Below, piece after piece: positions 40,162-53,573 of a stretch of 64,000 bases of DNA. The translations under genes were made by a program, and so were the position numbers. The notes under the pieces are model-generated. The model searched no databases, was not told where the DNA came from, and saw only the letters and a list, made by a program, of their open reading frames with translations. The stretch is from assembly GCF_006345805.1 (NCBI RefSeq), contig NC_042998.1, positions 102,114,001 through 102,178,000 on the forward strand. The letters run 5' to 3'. Every line of letters begins with the position of its first letter. Within the stretch, counting starts at the first letter, position 1. This DNA comes from Octopus sinensis (Eukaryota).

Positions 40162-40302
40162 ATCAATATAGGGTGGTGAAAAAAATTTTGTAGAATTCTT
40201 TTTGCCACCAGCGGCCTAGTGGGAAAAAATTTAATTTTTTCCCACTAGGCCGCTGGTGGCAAAAAGAATTCTACAAAATTTTTTTCACCACCCTATATTG
40301 AT
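40162..40302. repeat. Perfect 141-bp palindrome (70-bp arms, 1-nt centre at 40232)
   Basis: Checked base by base including homopolymer lengths. Confidence 0.95.
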
Positions 40303-40365
<63 letters not shown>

Positions 40366-40804
40366 CATACATACATATATATATATATATAATATATATA
40401 TGTATTTATGTATGTATGTTTGCGTATGTGTATGTTTGTGTGTATGTGTGTATGCTTAAAGGGCGTAGTGAATAAACTGTCGTCTAAATTACACAAAAGT
40501 GAAAACACTGACATCTCATTTTAATAGATATATCTCCCCAAATTACAAGAAAATACCTTGAAATATTAACGAGTAAGTTCATTCAATAGAATCGTCATTG
40601 ACTTCAATTATGGCTTCCTGGCGACTCGGAATCTCCTGAAGCTCTTCTGGTCAGTATTCTTTTTTAAGGTGGTGAATGCTGCCATAATCCTTGCTTTCAG
40701 TTCATTTTTAGTGTTACAAAGAGTTTTGTTTTTCTCCCGCACTACTGCGCCTCACAAATAATAATCAAGTGGATTGCGATCTGGGGACCCAACCACTACG
40801 TCAT

Positions 40805-40892
40805 ATGCCCGTGGCGTAGTGATTAAGAGCGCGGGCTACTAACCCCAAGATCCCGAGTTCGATTTCAGTCAGTGACCTGAATAATAATAATA

Positions 40893-40948
<56 letters not shown>

Positions 40949-41130
40949 TAATAATAATAATAATAATAACAACAACAACAACATCGAAAAATAACTTAAG
41001 AATGAGAACCCAGGTTCGGAATTTCTCCAAGACAGCTGATGAAGGCTGGAGGGTATATCAGCCGAAACGTTGTGTTAACAACAAAGAAGATGAGTCCAAA
41101 TGTAACTAAAGTAAATAATGTAAATAATGT
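40805..41130 (+). mobile_element. tRNA-derived SINE head + (TAA)n + HHR-bearing tail
   Basis: A-box TGGCGTAGTGA (40812), B-box GAGTTCGATT (40855), (TAA)n 40880-40970, HHR at 41031. Confidence 0.7.
41031..41076 (+). ncRNA. Minimal hammerhead ribozyme with extra A after the core
   Basis: GACAG-CTGATGA-A-GGCTG-gagggtatat-CAGCC-GAAAC-GTT^-GTGTT; minimal ACGT stem III; G.G mismatch at first pair of stem I. Confidence 0.72.
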
Positions 41131-41379
41131 ATCAGAAAGTATCTTTTCAGTCATCCATTCGAGTGTTTTATTTAAAGAGTTTACAGGTTTGCCCGTGATC
41201 TATTCCTGCCTCATTTGTTACTGTTTTAGAAGGATTCCGCCCACCCCCATAGTAATGTCGAGTTATCAGGAGTTGATTGGTTAGCAGTTCACTGTTGGCC
41301 GTGTAACCTTGTATAACAATAAGCCTTGTGCGTTCGTGTAAATACTTAGATAAATTATTTATCCAACTTACCAGGATAT

Positions 41380-42758
41380 AAAAGTTGCTTTAAAAGGAAA
41401 TAAACATACACCATGTCTCACGTTTTTAACTGTATCCGCGGAAGGAAGAACGTTGTGGATGACATAAATTACATATATGAAGCACAGAAACAAAATGCCG
41501 ATGGATCTAAGACTTATTGGAAATGCGAAATTATGTCCTGTAATTTTCGATGAAGTTTGTGCCATAATTAAGCACATTGGTGAACATCACCATATTTCGG
41601 GTGCTTCAAAACCCAAAGTTTGCAAAACTGTAGCGGACCTTAAGGCACAAACCGCTGCTTCCTGGGAATCTTCTGGTTCAATAATTGCGACTGCTTGTGA
41701 AAAGCTTGATGAAAATGAAATGGCTCACGTGCCATCCTCTTTGTGTCTAAGTTGCAATATAAGGAACTGGCTTCAAGGAAAAGTAAATGCCCCTCCACTT
41801 CCTCAGAGTCGATTTGGTTATGAGATACCCGATAAATACAAGTTCCTTGATAGTAGCGAACTTTTCTTGCGGTTTGATAGTAGTGAAACTTAGACAGATT
41901 ACTTTTGTTCGTAACTGATAAAAATGTTTGCTGAATGAGTGAATGTAAAAGACTGGGCAGGGGATGAAACTTTTACGTGCTCTCCAAATTTATCTCATCA
42001 GTTGTATACGCTTTATATTCAAGAGGGTTCATTCAGTGTCCCGCGATTATTTTAATTACTTTCAAACAAAAATCAATAAACTTACACCCACCCTTTTAAT
42101 CAGCTAAATGAATTACGTAAAGGATTGAGCCCTAAAATGTTATGAATTTTTAAACAAGAATCACATTAATAGCATTTATATGTGTTTTCTAGTGCTTCCA
42201 TCTCATAGAGAGAAAAGTATGTGATTTTGGCTTTAAGAGAAGATAGAATCACAATAATGAGTTGAATATTAAAATCAGGTGCTTTACAGCGCTGGCTTTA
42301 CTTCCTCTCGACGAGGTGGTTGATGGATTCTAATATCTTGTAGATGACAACGATCTTCCGCAAAAAATTTGAATTATTGTACATAGGATGCGTACAAGTT
42401 AGAGGAATTTGACAACGAACAACTTTTACATTGGTTCCCATCGATAGTTGGAATATCCGTTTTAAAACAGAATCGGATATGCCTCGTACTATTAACCATT
42501 TAGAGGGCTATCACAACGAACTACAAAGTTCCTTAACTTACACACATCTGAATATATGAATATTAGTTACTGCATTTAAAAGGGAAGAATACTTGGCACA
42601 ATTGAGAAAGGTTGAATTTGATTGAAGTGAGATCTGTGAGACAAAAAAAAAATAGCATAAAGATATAAACAAACGGCTGCAGATAATTATTCAGCGATAT
42701 AGTCCAGAAAATAATATGGACTTTTTACGAGCAATAGCTCATAGCCTGCATCATTATT
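41380..42758 (+). pseudogene. Degenerate Mutator-like (MULE) transposase with FLYWCH-like finger
   Basis: YWKC...C...EHHH; DETFTCSP..HQLYTL..VPRLFLLLSNK; RTINHLEGYHN; terminal FLRAIAHSL; many stops and frameshifts. Confidence 0.8.
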
Positions 42759-42969
42759 GAAGCATTTAGTAAAATTTTTATGTTTCATGTACTTTTTATT
42801 TTATCTTTTTTCTAATATCGGAAGTGGAATTACCAGGCGGGAAATTGACTGGCAGTCAAATTACCGGTCACCGACACATACGTATATACAGATATATCCA
42901 CACATATACATACACATACACACTCACATGTATACATATATATATACATATGTTTACATATATATATAT

Positions 42970-43102
<133 letters not shown>

Positions 43103-43103
43103 G

Positions 43104-43155
<52 letters not shown>

Positions 43156-45082
43156 CGTATATATATATATATGTGTGTGTGTGTATATATATATGTGTGT
43201 GCGTATATATATATATATATAATATATATATATATATGGACACACATACATAAACACACGCACACATATAGGATGTGATAGTTATTTGTAATGCAACTAC
43301 AGCTTGTCAGAGATATAGATGGAAGTTCACAATATAGAATAGTGTTGCAAAATTCATCAGTGCGTCTAGGCTGAAAGAACTCTGTCAGCTTGCCCCTGGA
43401 TCTTCGAGGGATGTCAGCAGTGTCATTTCCATCAGTAAATCAAATATATTTACCATTGTGTTGATGATACTTCAATAACTTAGCATTTACCTGACACATT
43501 TAAGTAGCGTGTTTCAGAAGAAGTATTAAATATAATGAAAAACCCTGCCTCTTAATACTTCTTTAATGGTGATGTATCTCCGACTTTGATAAATCGAAGT
43601 GTCATCTAAAACCTGATCAGAAAAGAGAAAGAACAATACGGTTTAACGTACTGAATGGATTTGCCTTAACTGAGAAATTCTGCATGGTTTATTCATTGAA
43701 ATCCTTTGATAGTAGCGTGAGTATGAAATATGAGTTGATATACTCTCAGTATGTATTGTTGAATATATTTGCCTGGTTGTGGTCATAAAATATTTTCCGT
43801 CTGGTTTCTTCCTGTTGTACAGCGAATGTCATCCGCCACAAAATTGTAACTTGCGCTAGAAACGAAAACATAATTTTCGGTGCGTATATCAACTTTCATG
43901 CAAAGTAATTGGCTTTTTCAGAAATCACAATGGACATTGTATCATAAGCTTTGGAAGGCAAGATCACCGTATTTATCTGATATTTCAGCTCAGAAAATAT
44001 CAGCTTAATTTTCACGAATCTTCTATTTCCCACCAAATAACTAGGAGGCATTCGATTAAGCTGTCTTCTAGGCAATGCGTATATTACATGAATGAACTAA
44101 ACTTTGAAAGATACATCCTTTCAACTTTTCTTTCAATTTATTCCTCATTTCGTAGAAATCCTTTGCAACAATATGATATCGATATTGAGGTTGTTGAACT
44201 GAAAACATTTCAATTCCTGCTTAAATATAGTTTGGATATATATATATACATGAAGGTGATGTATAAACCCGATGGACGAAAGTTTCTGACATAAATTACA
44301 GGATTCATGTATATATCTTCATCATAGTAATATCTTCTCTGAACCATAATGTAAATTGACAAATTGATCAACCTTCGCTTGATTTGCCTCAATATTCAAA
44401 TTATCTCTTAGATGAATATATTTTCCATTTTAAAATTAATCTGTGACGGAGAATAGTAAAACGTACGTCTTCGATCTTTACAAACATGTGCATTACGAAC
44501 TGATGGAAGCATCAGTACAACCTTCTCTCTGATGTGAGTAGTGATGATATAGATTTACTACTAAAATATTAGAAATCAATTGCCGAGACTTTCCTGTCAA
44601 AAATCTTTTGATAGTAAATATGTATATACCCTGCCATTTCTAAAACATGATCTGATATTGCAAATTTGTGAGATGAGCGACGTGTTTCAGCATATGTGAT
44701 GAAAAGAGAGAAAAAGGCAGATATTTCTAGAGAATTATATCAATTTTTTAGGAACGTCTGCTTAACAATTAGAATGGAAATTTCAATACTAGAAAGAACA
44801 TTAAAAATCGTTAATGTTCAATAGAGTAGTGCTATTATTTCTGTGGATGAGAGCTTTCCTATCAGTTTCAAAAGTAGTTTTAAAGCTCGTTAACTATTCA
44901 GTATCTTGTGCTAACACATTGCCAGTTACGGAACACAAAATAAAATGTTTCCTTGTAATTACACAACCAGTCACAAACAGAGACGCATGCCCGGTGGAAT
45001 GTTTGTTAGGAAAATATTTATGCGTGTGTGTGCGTCTGTCTGTCTGTCTGTATGTATGTATGAAAGTATTTATATGTAAGTA

Positions 45083-45141
<59 letters not shown>

Positions 45142-45305
45142 GCATACATTCTCCTATTTTATTATTCCGGTTACAGCCTAATGATGCTGACTGGCAATAC
45201 CAGATTTTGGGGTCACACCTAGCTGTGCCGATATAATTTAGGGTAAATATTGTAGTGGTAGTAGTAGTAGTAATAGTAGTAGTATCACCAACAACAGCAG
45301 TATTG

Positions 45306-45348
<43 letters not shown>

Positions 45349-45907
45349 AGTAGTAGTAGTAGTAGTAGTAGTCCGTGGATAGAATTTATAAACATTTTAA
45401 TGCATCACTAGACAAGTTTCCACAAATCACATGTTTCTAAACATCATAGTGTGTATTCCTGAGATGATTACAATACAGTCCGCAGTACGGGCTGTGAACA
45501 CTATTGAGCAACACTGGAGCGTAATGGACAGGACACTTCATGAAATGAACTTGGAAACGTCCCGAAAGCCAAGTCTTTTGAGATTACTGCATGAAACTCC
45601 TGAAGAAAATATTCATCTGATAATAGGATCCTTGAATTGAAAAATGCAAAGGGCATCTCTACTAAATGAAAAGATCACATGATAATTAATCAATAATTCG
45701 AATGCATAATTTTAGATTTAAAAACAGTATAACGATTATAACGGTGTCTACTATTGTAATGTCTGTATATAATGTCTTATTTTAGGACATGGTTGAGTCC
45801 ATAACATAGGATTTGACTACACCTCCAATTAGAGCACAGTTTAAGCTCTCTTTTCGTGGAAGAAGGTTTATGTTCCTATAACCTCTGTTAATTCTATAAC
45901 CCTTTAA

Positions 45908-46370
45908 ATGGAAGATAAGAAAGTTCGTTTTTCCCTTTACGGAAAAAAAAAAAAATTCCGTAAAGGGAAAAATGCTTCAAGCAACCAAAGAAATTTGTAC
46001 AGTTTACGGTGATGTTTCTTTACCCGAAAGAACTGTACGGAAGTGGTTTGCAAGATTCCGAGCTGGAGATTGCAGCGATCAGACAGACCATCCACTACAG
46101 ATGATGACTAAATCAACACATTAATTGAGAATAACTCACATTGCACAACTCGAAAATTGGTAGAAAGCATCAATCTAACAAAATCCTGGTAAAGCTTGTC
46201 TACACAAATCGCTACGATATTTGGGTACCACATGAGTTGAGTGAGAAGAACCTTTTGGATCGCATTTCCATCTGTGATTCTCTTTATAAACGGAATGAAA
46301 ACGCGCCTTTTGACAGGTGTCAAATTGTGACAGGTGATGAGAAATGGATTAATTACCGAAATTTGAGTTG
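45908..46370 (+). pseudogene. Mariner transposase N-terminal fragment
   Basis: MEDKKVRF, FRKGKNASQATKEIC.VYG, RTVRKWFARFRAGD, WVPHEL, VTGDEKW. Confidence 0.85.
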
Positions 46371-47679
46371 AGAATGATTGATGACAACAGGACTCTTTTC
46401 AGCTGTCATTCGTAAATAAACACACACAGACACACAATCACACATACATAAATATACGTAAAGCATACACACATACATAATGGTGGATGCCCCCTCGTTA
46501 TCAAGTATGGCCATTGCGCGAAGCTTAATCAATGTTGTTATCGTGCAATGCCTGTGCAAGAAGATGGTTTTTAAAGTGAGGAAAGGCTGTGCACTGAGTC
46601 AATCCCACTCACTAAGCAATAATCTAAAATACAAGTAAATCTTTAAAGACATGGTACAACAATAATCAAAAATAAATTTAAACAGGAAACTTGTCTTTTG
46701 AAATATAGAATTAAAATAGTAATATTATTTTGTTGTATCAAGGATAAACAATAAAATATGAAGTTGTAAATAACATTGCACATGATATTTTTTTCATTTG
46801 AATTGAAATCCCATTTGAAAAAAAATAACATTGATGGTCGTATAATGGTCAGTAAATGGCTCAGTCAATTCTTTCACATAAAAAAAGCTAATCTGAAAAA
46901 TAAATCATAAGTAAAATTTATTATTTAGCATTAATACAGTGGAATTAGCCTGATTCCTCTTTCGCTAATTGGTTACTTCACCTAATGCTTGACTTTCAAT
47001 TTTCTCCTATGGATGATTCATTAGCCGAATTCTACTGTATTTTATAAAAAAATAATCTGATATTATTTCATTTTTAAAATAATGATTTTTCCAAAAATAA
47101 GCCCATATGCTTAGATACAGACTTAAATAACTTTGATTAAATAATTGTCTTTCTGAAAATAATAAAACTTACTGGGGTTATACATGAAAAGAATTTCTAG
47201 ATACGAACCTATAGGCTTAAAATCCATTGGGCTTATATCTGGAGAACCCAGTAATGTTTATATAATTTTTATCTTAATAAAATATAGAATAATTTAATAA
47301 GTGTTATTCTGAATCACAGTACTTTAAATATAGTAGAATTTTAAATTTTAAGTACTTTTTAGTTTCATTTAGAGTTGATGAATTAGGCAAATTGTACTGT
47401 AGAAATCTCCTTTACTTTTCCAGACATAATAACTTAAGAATATTAACATGCAAGAGCCTGCATTTTTTATTGTAATATATGTATATATATACATATATGT
47501 GTATGTGTGTGTGTGTGCGTGTGAGTCTGTCTATACATTTAAAAAGTGAATATAAATGGCTTTACTGACAATTTTCCCCTTTAGTAATTAGAATTAATAT
47601 CAAAATGGAAAATGATCAGAGAAGACATTTTATTCATCTCTTCAAATATATATATACTACTGAAGCAAATGCACGCACA

Positions 47680-47736
<57 letters not shown>

Positions 47737-48035
47737 GACAAGTATGCACACATACAAAAATGCGCAAAGATTATCTATACACATGTAAATTTAAAATTAT
47801 ACAGCATGTGTTTCTGCATGTTTATGTATATAAATATACATACATATATATATACATTTCAGTTCCACAGCTGATTACGAGGGGCTCGAAATACAGACAA
47901 ATCTTTTTTTTATATTTGTTACATTAAGTTACTTTTATAAAATATTGGCTGTTTATACGTGTATGACAATCTTATCAGTTAAACATAGATATAAATATTA
48001 GATAATTTTATATTTAAATATAATCAGTTAAATAT

Positions 48036-48107
<72 letters not shown>

Positions 48108-48640
48108 ATATTATATATATATATATTAGAATTAGTGAAGTAAAATTATGACCTAGTTCTTAAAGACTGCAACTAGCCATTGTCCACTATGGTCGTAGTT
48201 AAACCCCTCTTGCTATTTTTAGAACAAAATCCAATGACACACATACTGACACACATGCAAATGCTGCTAACCCGTATGTAAGGTGCTCTCCTTCCATTAA
48301 GATGTAGATGAATATTTATGAATATATGTGAATCTTGCCTTTAACTTTAAATTCACAATGCAATTTTAATTGTAACATATGAATGAAGGTTGGAATTGAA
48401 ACGTACGTAGGTGACATGAAATTGACTATTATATAGATGAATTGATTTTTCTTTGTTTCATTTTTATTTTCTATGTTTTATTATTAAATCCACTACTGGA
48501 TAGATGAAAACATCTATAACGACAACTGAAACTTTGGGTTATACGTGTGGGAGAAGAAACGCAAACACTTATACTAACACAAATTAACAACTTCCAGGAA
48601 AATTAATCGAAACTACATATATATATGTATATATATATTC

Positions 48641-49047
48641 AGGCGCAAGATTGTCTGTGTGGTAAGTATCTTGCTTAACAACAACATGGTTCCGGGTTTA
48701 GTCTCATTGCGTGGCATCTTGGGCAAGTGTCTTCTACTATAGCTTCAGGCCGACCAAAGCCTTGTGAGTGGATTTGGGAGACGGAAACGAAAAGACGCCC
48801 TTCGTGTACACATACACACACACACACACGCATATATATATGTATATGAATGTGTGCGTATGTTTGTATGTCTGTGTTTGTACATCCCAAAAGATGCTGG
48901 TGTGTTTACGTCCCCTTAACCTAGAGGATTGGCAAAAGAGAACGATAAAATAAGTACTAGGCTTATATAAGTACTGGGGTTGATTTCCGCGACTAAAGGC
49001 GGTGTTCCAGCATGGCAGCAGTGGAATGATTGAAGCAAATAAAAAGA
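48641..49047 (+). mobile_element. Complete tRNA-derived SINE (same family as 6874-7335)
   Basis: Head, CORE-like domain, internal AC/AT microsatellite and LINE-like tail. Confidence 0.8.
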
Positions 49048-49361
49048 TTGAAGAATAAAATAATATATAGTTAAAAAATAAAGGTAGAAACAACACGAAA
49101 ATATGTTTAAATATTATTTTATACTTTTTTCTTTGAGAGTGACGTTTTATAAAATACTACCTATTTCGATGTGTATGTTTAGATGTGTATATATGATCAA
49201 ATATTAAGAACTGTACGTCAAAAAGTTGGAACTAAGGAAAATCCGGAAACTAAAAACAGTTGTATTTTGTGCATAGTAAAGAAAATGTGTGTAATCTCAT
49301 CTTAGACTTCCTTCTTATATATGTTGCCTGTGAAGAGATATATGAATAGAATCGGTGGTGT

Positions 49362-49421
<60 letters not shown>

Positions 49422-49729
49422 TGTGTGTTTGTGTATGTATAAATATATATGTATACATGCACACACGTACACACCTATTTATAACGTTTTGATTTATAAT
49501 TATGTGTATGAAAAATATGTCTGTATATGTTAAATTTATATATATACTTATTATATGCACAAACATATATATGTATATATATATATATATATAAATGGAT
49601 ACATGAGTACATATGTATATATTTATATATATACCTAGGTGCATAAGTTAGGTTTCCCGAAATCCGTGGCGTTGAAAAGCTTCTGTGCTTCTGGGTTGGA
49701 CGCTTGTCTGTCATATGTGTACTTATTTT

Positions 49730-49850
49730 AACCAACGGATTGGACTGGAGCAACGTATAACGAAGTGTTTTGCTGAAGAACATAAAGCGTCGCCGGCTCC
49801 GAGAATCGAACTCACAATCCCATGATCATGGGTACAATAGAATAAGGCAT
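49730..49850 (-). mobile_element. tRNA-derived SINE fragment
   Basis: Reverse complement shows B-box-like GAGTTCGATTCTC followed by TGTTCTTCAGCAAAACACTT...TTGCTCCAGT. Confidence 0.55.
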
Positions 49851-49858
49851 GCACCCCT

Positions 49859-49896
<38 letters not shown>

Positions 49897-51500
49897 GATC
49901 TATCTATCTATCTACCTATCTCCATATATACGTTTATGAATGCTTCATCTATTATCCCTTTGTGAGTCAGCAAACGTATTTCATACTTAATTATCTATTC
50001 CGTACGAATCATGTTTAATCTATTTCGTATTTATTTCGTAGATTAACGATAAAAATAATAAAATTCAAAACATATATACTTACTTCGATTTTAATTTCAT
50101 CTATTCATGATATTGAATCTGAAATTATTTTATGGAAATCTGAAAAATTTGTTTATATTTTTTCTATCAGATGATGTCGTTTTACATCAGGAAGATTGCA
50201 GTATATAGAGCTTTAGTAATAAACGTGCATAGCGATTTTTCCTATTCGAAAGCTAAACAGAGTTGGAGTGAAACAAGCTATGATTTTGTATTTGGAGGCT
50301 TAAGCGTTTGATGGCAGTTCTTTCATATCTTTCCGTTTGGCCAGAGAAAGCCAGAGGTTACCCACTGTCTACGTTTCAAGTTGATGTTAAAATAAATGTC
50401 GAATGAACAACTTTCAAATTGAAAAGTAATACAGAATTATTTATTAATTGAAATATGTCATCGAAATTGTTAATTGTTGAAATAACCCATCCTTATGTTC
50501 TTTGAAATAACACATCTTTATGTTTTTTGCAGGCAAATAAGTAGTTCCATACAAAGAACATGACGTAAATTGGTTTCTTGACAAACTAAGTTTACTGGTC
50601 GCTCGGCATGTAAAGAAATTTGTTAACTGAAGTTGCATCGAAGGGAAGAACAATGTTTATAGTTGCATGAAAGTAGAAAACCATCTCTGACGACAAATTA
50701 CACGGTGGAATGACATCAACTGAGACTATTAGCACAATTTGCCTGTCAGAGGACCTGTTAATTTTCGCGGTCTCTCACCGAGAACTTGATGCATAACCAG
50801 AGTACAGTCACAATGCATTACAGACGAAGTTGGAAGAGTGGGTATCAGAAATTGCGTGCAAAGTAGTGCTGAAGTCTGTTCTTCTTTGCTGAAGGCCTTG
50901 AAATCGATAAAACCATTTTTTTTAATTCGATCTTTCCACACTGGATTAAATTTTGCGGTATTCTATGCTCCGGTAAAGAAAACTCAGTCCATGAAATCTT
51001 ACCTTTACTTTTCTCCAAAGTGTAAGACTTTAAGAGGAGTCAGTCATCGACTTTGGTGTCATAGTCACAGATTTGGGGGTGACAAGAGCATGATTGTCTT
51101 TGATTTTCTGAAATGCCTTTGTGTGATAAACCACTAGCGGTATATGAAGATGGTGAATTGGCTTAGATAAAACAATAAAAGGAAGACACCAAACAGGTGC
51201 CTTAAAAACATCAACATTCACTAAATCTTTGTGTGCCCAGGACACTCTTTGGAGACAACAAATGATAACGCAGAAGAGATAAAAATCCATGTGACATAGT
51301 GACTACAACAGGGCACACCAGAATTTGTTCAGGATAACTTGACTGTTAGGTTTAGCCATGGCGCAAATGCATTGCTTGTGATAGACACTATGAAGAGAGC
51401 CTTTGAATAGGGAAAAGTTTCCCGACCAATATCTATGATTTCAACGACCTATGATACTTAATAAAACCCTTTTGGACTGTTTTCAGAAAACCTCGTAAAG

Positions 51501-51589
<89 letters not shown>

Positions 51590-51599
51590 TAATATAATA

Positions 51600-51635
<36 letters not shown>

Positions 51636-51739
51636 ATATATATATATATATATAATATATATATATATAATTATATATATATATATATATATAATATATA
51701 TATAGGCGCGGATTAGCGTTTTTGCTTAATTTGGAAACC

Positions 51740-52120
51740 GGAAGGGACAAATGGCAACTCCCTACAAATGTCAAGAGGAAACACAAAACACATTTCGTCC
51801 AGTTTGAGGAGAGGATAAAGGCCTTCTTTTCCCTGTGGGCAACACAGACAATCTTCTTGTAGAAGTACCAGTAGCCAGTCGTCGCAGCCACGTGCAAAGA
51901 AAGCAAATCAGCTCAGCATTGGCGAGGCGTTTGCCTAAACTGCTGCCATTAGCGTCCGTCAGTCTATGGTGGCGAGACGGATTGTAGACCTAATGTTCGA
52001 TAACATGCTACCGCTGCATGCAGTGGAGCCCCCCACCTTGGTTGACCTGATCAAGACGCTGAACCCGAGCAAGACGTCAATAAGCCGCTGCATTCTGGCA
52101 GGGTAATCTTGGCCAGCCAG
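51740..52120 (+). pseudogene. hAT transposase N-terminal fragment (BED finger end + DNA-binding domain)
   Basis: TNVKRKH; RRIVDLMFDNMLPLHAVEPPTLVDLIKTLNPSKTSISR matches the hAT DM.P...VE...L...L.P.....SR motif; GC-rich relative to flanks. Confidence 0.65.
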
Positions 52121-52832
52121 TTTTGAGGCATATATAAAATGTATTTACAAATTAAAATTATTAAATTAGTATCATGGTGTACTTCCTATTTTCTTAGTCT
52201 AATTTAATTTAATTATTTAGTTACTTATTAGAATAATTATTTTCTTAATTAATGTAATAAAGTGTATAAAAACTAATTGAAGTAAATGTCATAACATGAT
52301 ATACGGTATATTTATATATTCTACTCATGATTGAATCTGCACAGCCAAAGCAGCAGTCTTTAATTAAATAACGAATAAATGAATTTCAGGTTCTGAACAT
52401 ATCAAATTCCGACCATCGTTCCATCACTTATCTCGGTTATTCATCCCACTCCAGTACGTCGCCTATCAATGTAGTGTTACTAATTTCTAAGTTTTAATAT
52501 CAAGGTTTTTAATTATAAGCAATGTTTCCATGAATTGAGAACAGGCCAGTAACAAATGTTAAACTACAATGGCTGCGATTCCTATAAACAAAGTATGGTT
52601 ATAAGATACTGCTATCAAATGTCGTGCCTCCTTCCTACCCGCGAAAATTGTACAAACCACATGTTCACAAAAACCATTGCAGATTACGTGGATATGCGAA
52701 GGATAGCCTATTTTCTTTTTAGTAGTAGGGCTTGATCATACTCTGTGATGAGCATCAATTTCCTATACGAGATTAGCATGCTAATCTAATGCATCTCGTT
52801 CATAGTGGGAAGGGTTTTCTCCCCTGTCAATA

Positions 52833-52976
52833 CAAAGAGACCATGTGCTTTTATTGGTAAAGAGTCTACGACTCCTGTTTCTAGCAATGTTAGTGCTCAC
52901 CGCACCCTTGTCACTCTTAGTGACGGTGAATTATTTCTTTGTTGGTTTTAAATTCCCGCTAGCCACCCTGATTATT

Positions 52977-53027
<51 letters not shown>

Positions 53028-53039
53028 GTGTGTGTGTGT

Positions 53040-53082
<43 letters not shown>

Positions 53083-53573
53083 GCGTTGTGTGTGTGTGTG
53101 TGTGGAGGCGCAATGGCCCAGTGGTTAGGGCAGCGGACTCGTGGTTTCGATTCCCAGACCGGGCGTTGTGAGTTTTTATTGAGAGAAATCCCCTAAAGCT
53201 CGACGAGGCTCCGCCAGGGGTGGTGGCAATCCCTGCTGTACTCTTTCGCCGCAAATTTCTCTCACTCTTTCTTCAGATGGCCTGCTCACCTAGCCAGCGT
53301 GGTGGTGTCATTTGAAGACTAAAACAATGCGAAAATGCGAAACGCATTGTGACCAGCGATGTCAAATAATATCTGATAAACTGTTTGGTCACGTGATCAC
53401 ATGATATATATATATATATATATATATATCAAATAATCAGTGTGACTAGCGGGAATTTAAATCCAACAAGAAAATAATTCACCGTCACTAAGAGTGATAA
53501 GGGTGCACTGAGCACCAGCATTGCTGGAAATAGGAGTCGTAGACTCCTTAGCCATAAAAGCACCTGATCTTTG
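52833..53573. repeat. ~147-bp inverted arms (52833-52980 / 53428-53573) around microsatellites and a SINE
   Basis: ...CCCGCTAGCCACCCTGATTATTTGAT / ATCAAATAATCAGTGTGACTAGCGGG...; moderately diverged. Confidence 0.85.
53104..53404 (+). mobile_element. tRNA-derived SINE (third family)
   Basis: A-box TGGCCCAGTGG (53114), B-box GGTTTCGATTCCC (53143). Confidence 0.75.

Noticed and set aside
43491-43612. Minus-strand exon candidate with good polypyrimidine acceptor and CAG|GTAAAT donor
   Set aside because: All three frames contain stops, with either acceptor; no partner exons.
45487-45565. CTGTGA...GAAACGTC-CCG hammerhead-like match
   Set aside because: Core incomplete, stem I only 2 bp, no stem II.
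48375-48420. GAAAC-GTAC-GTA with palindromic stem III
   Set aside because: No CTGANGA core or stem I upstream.
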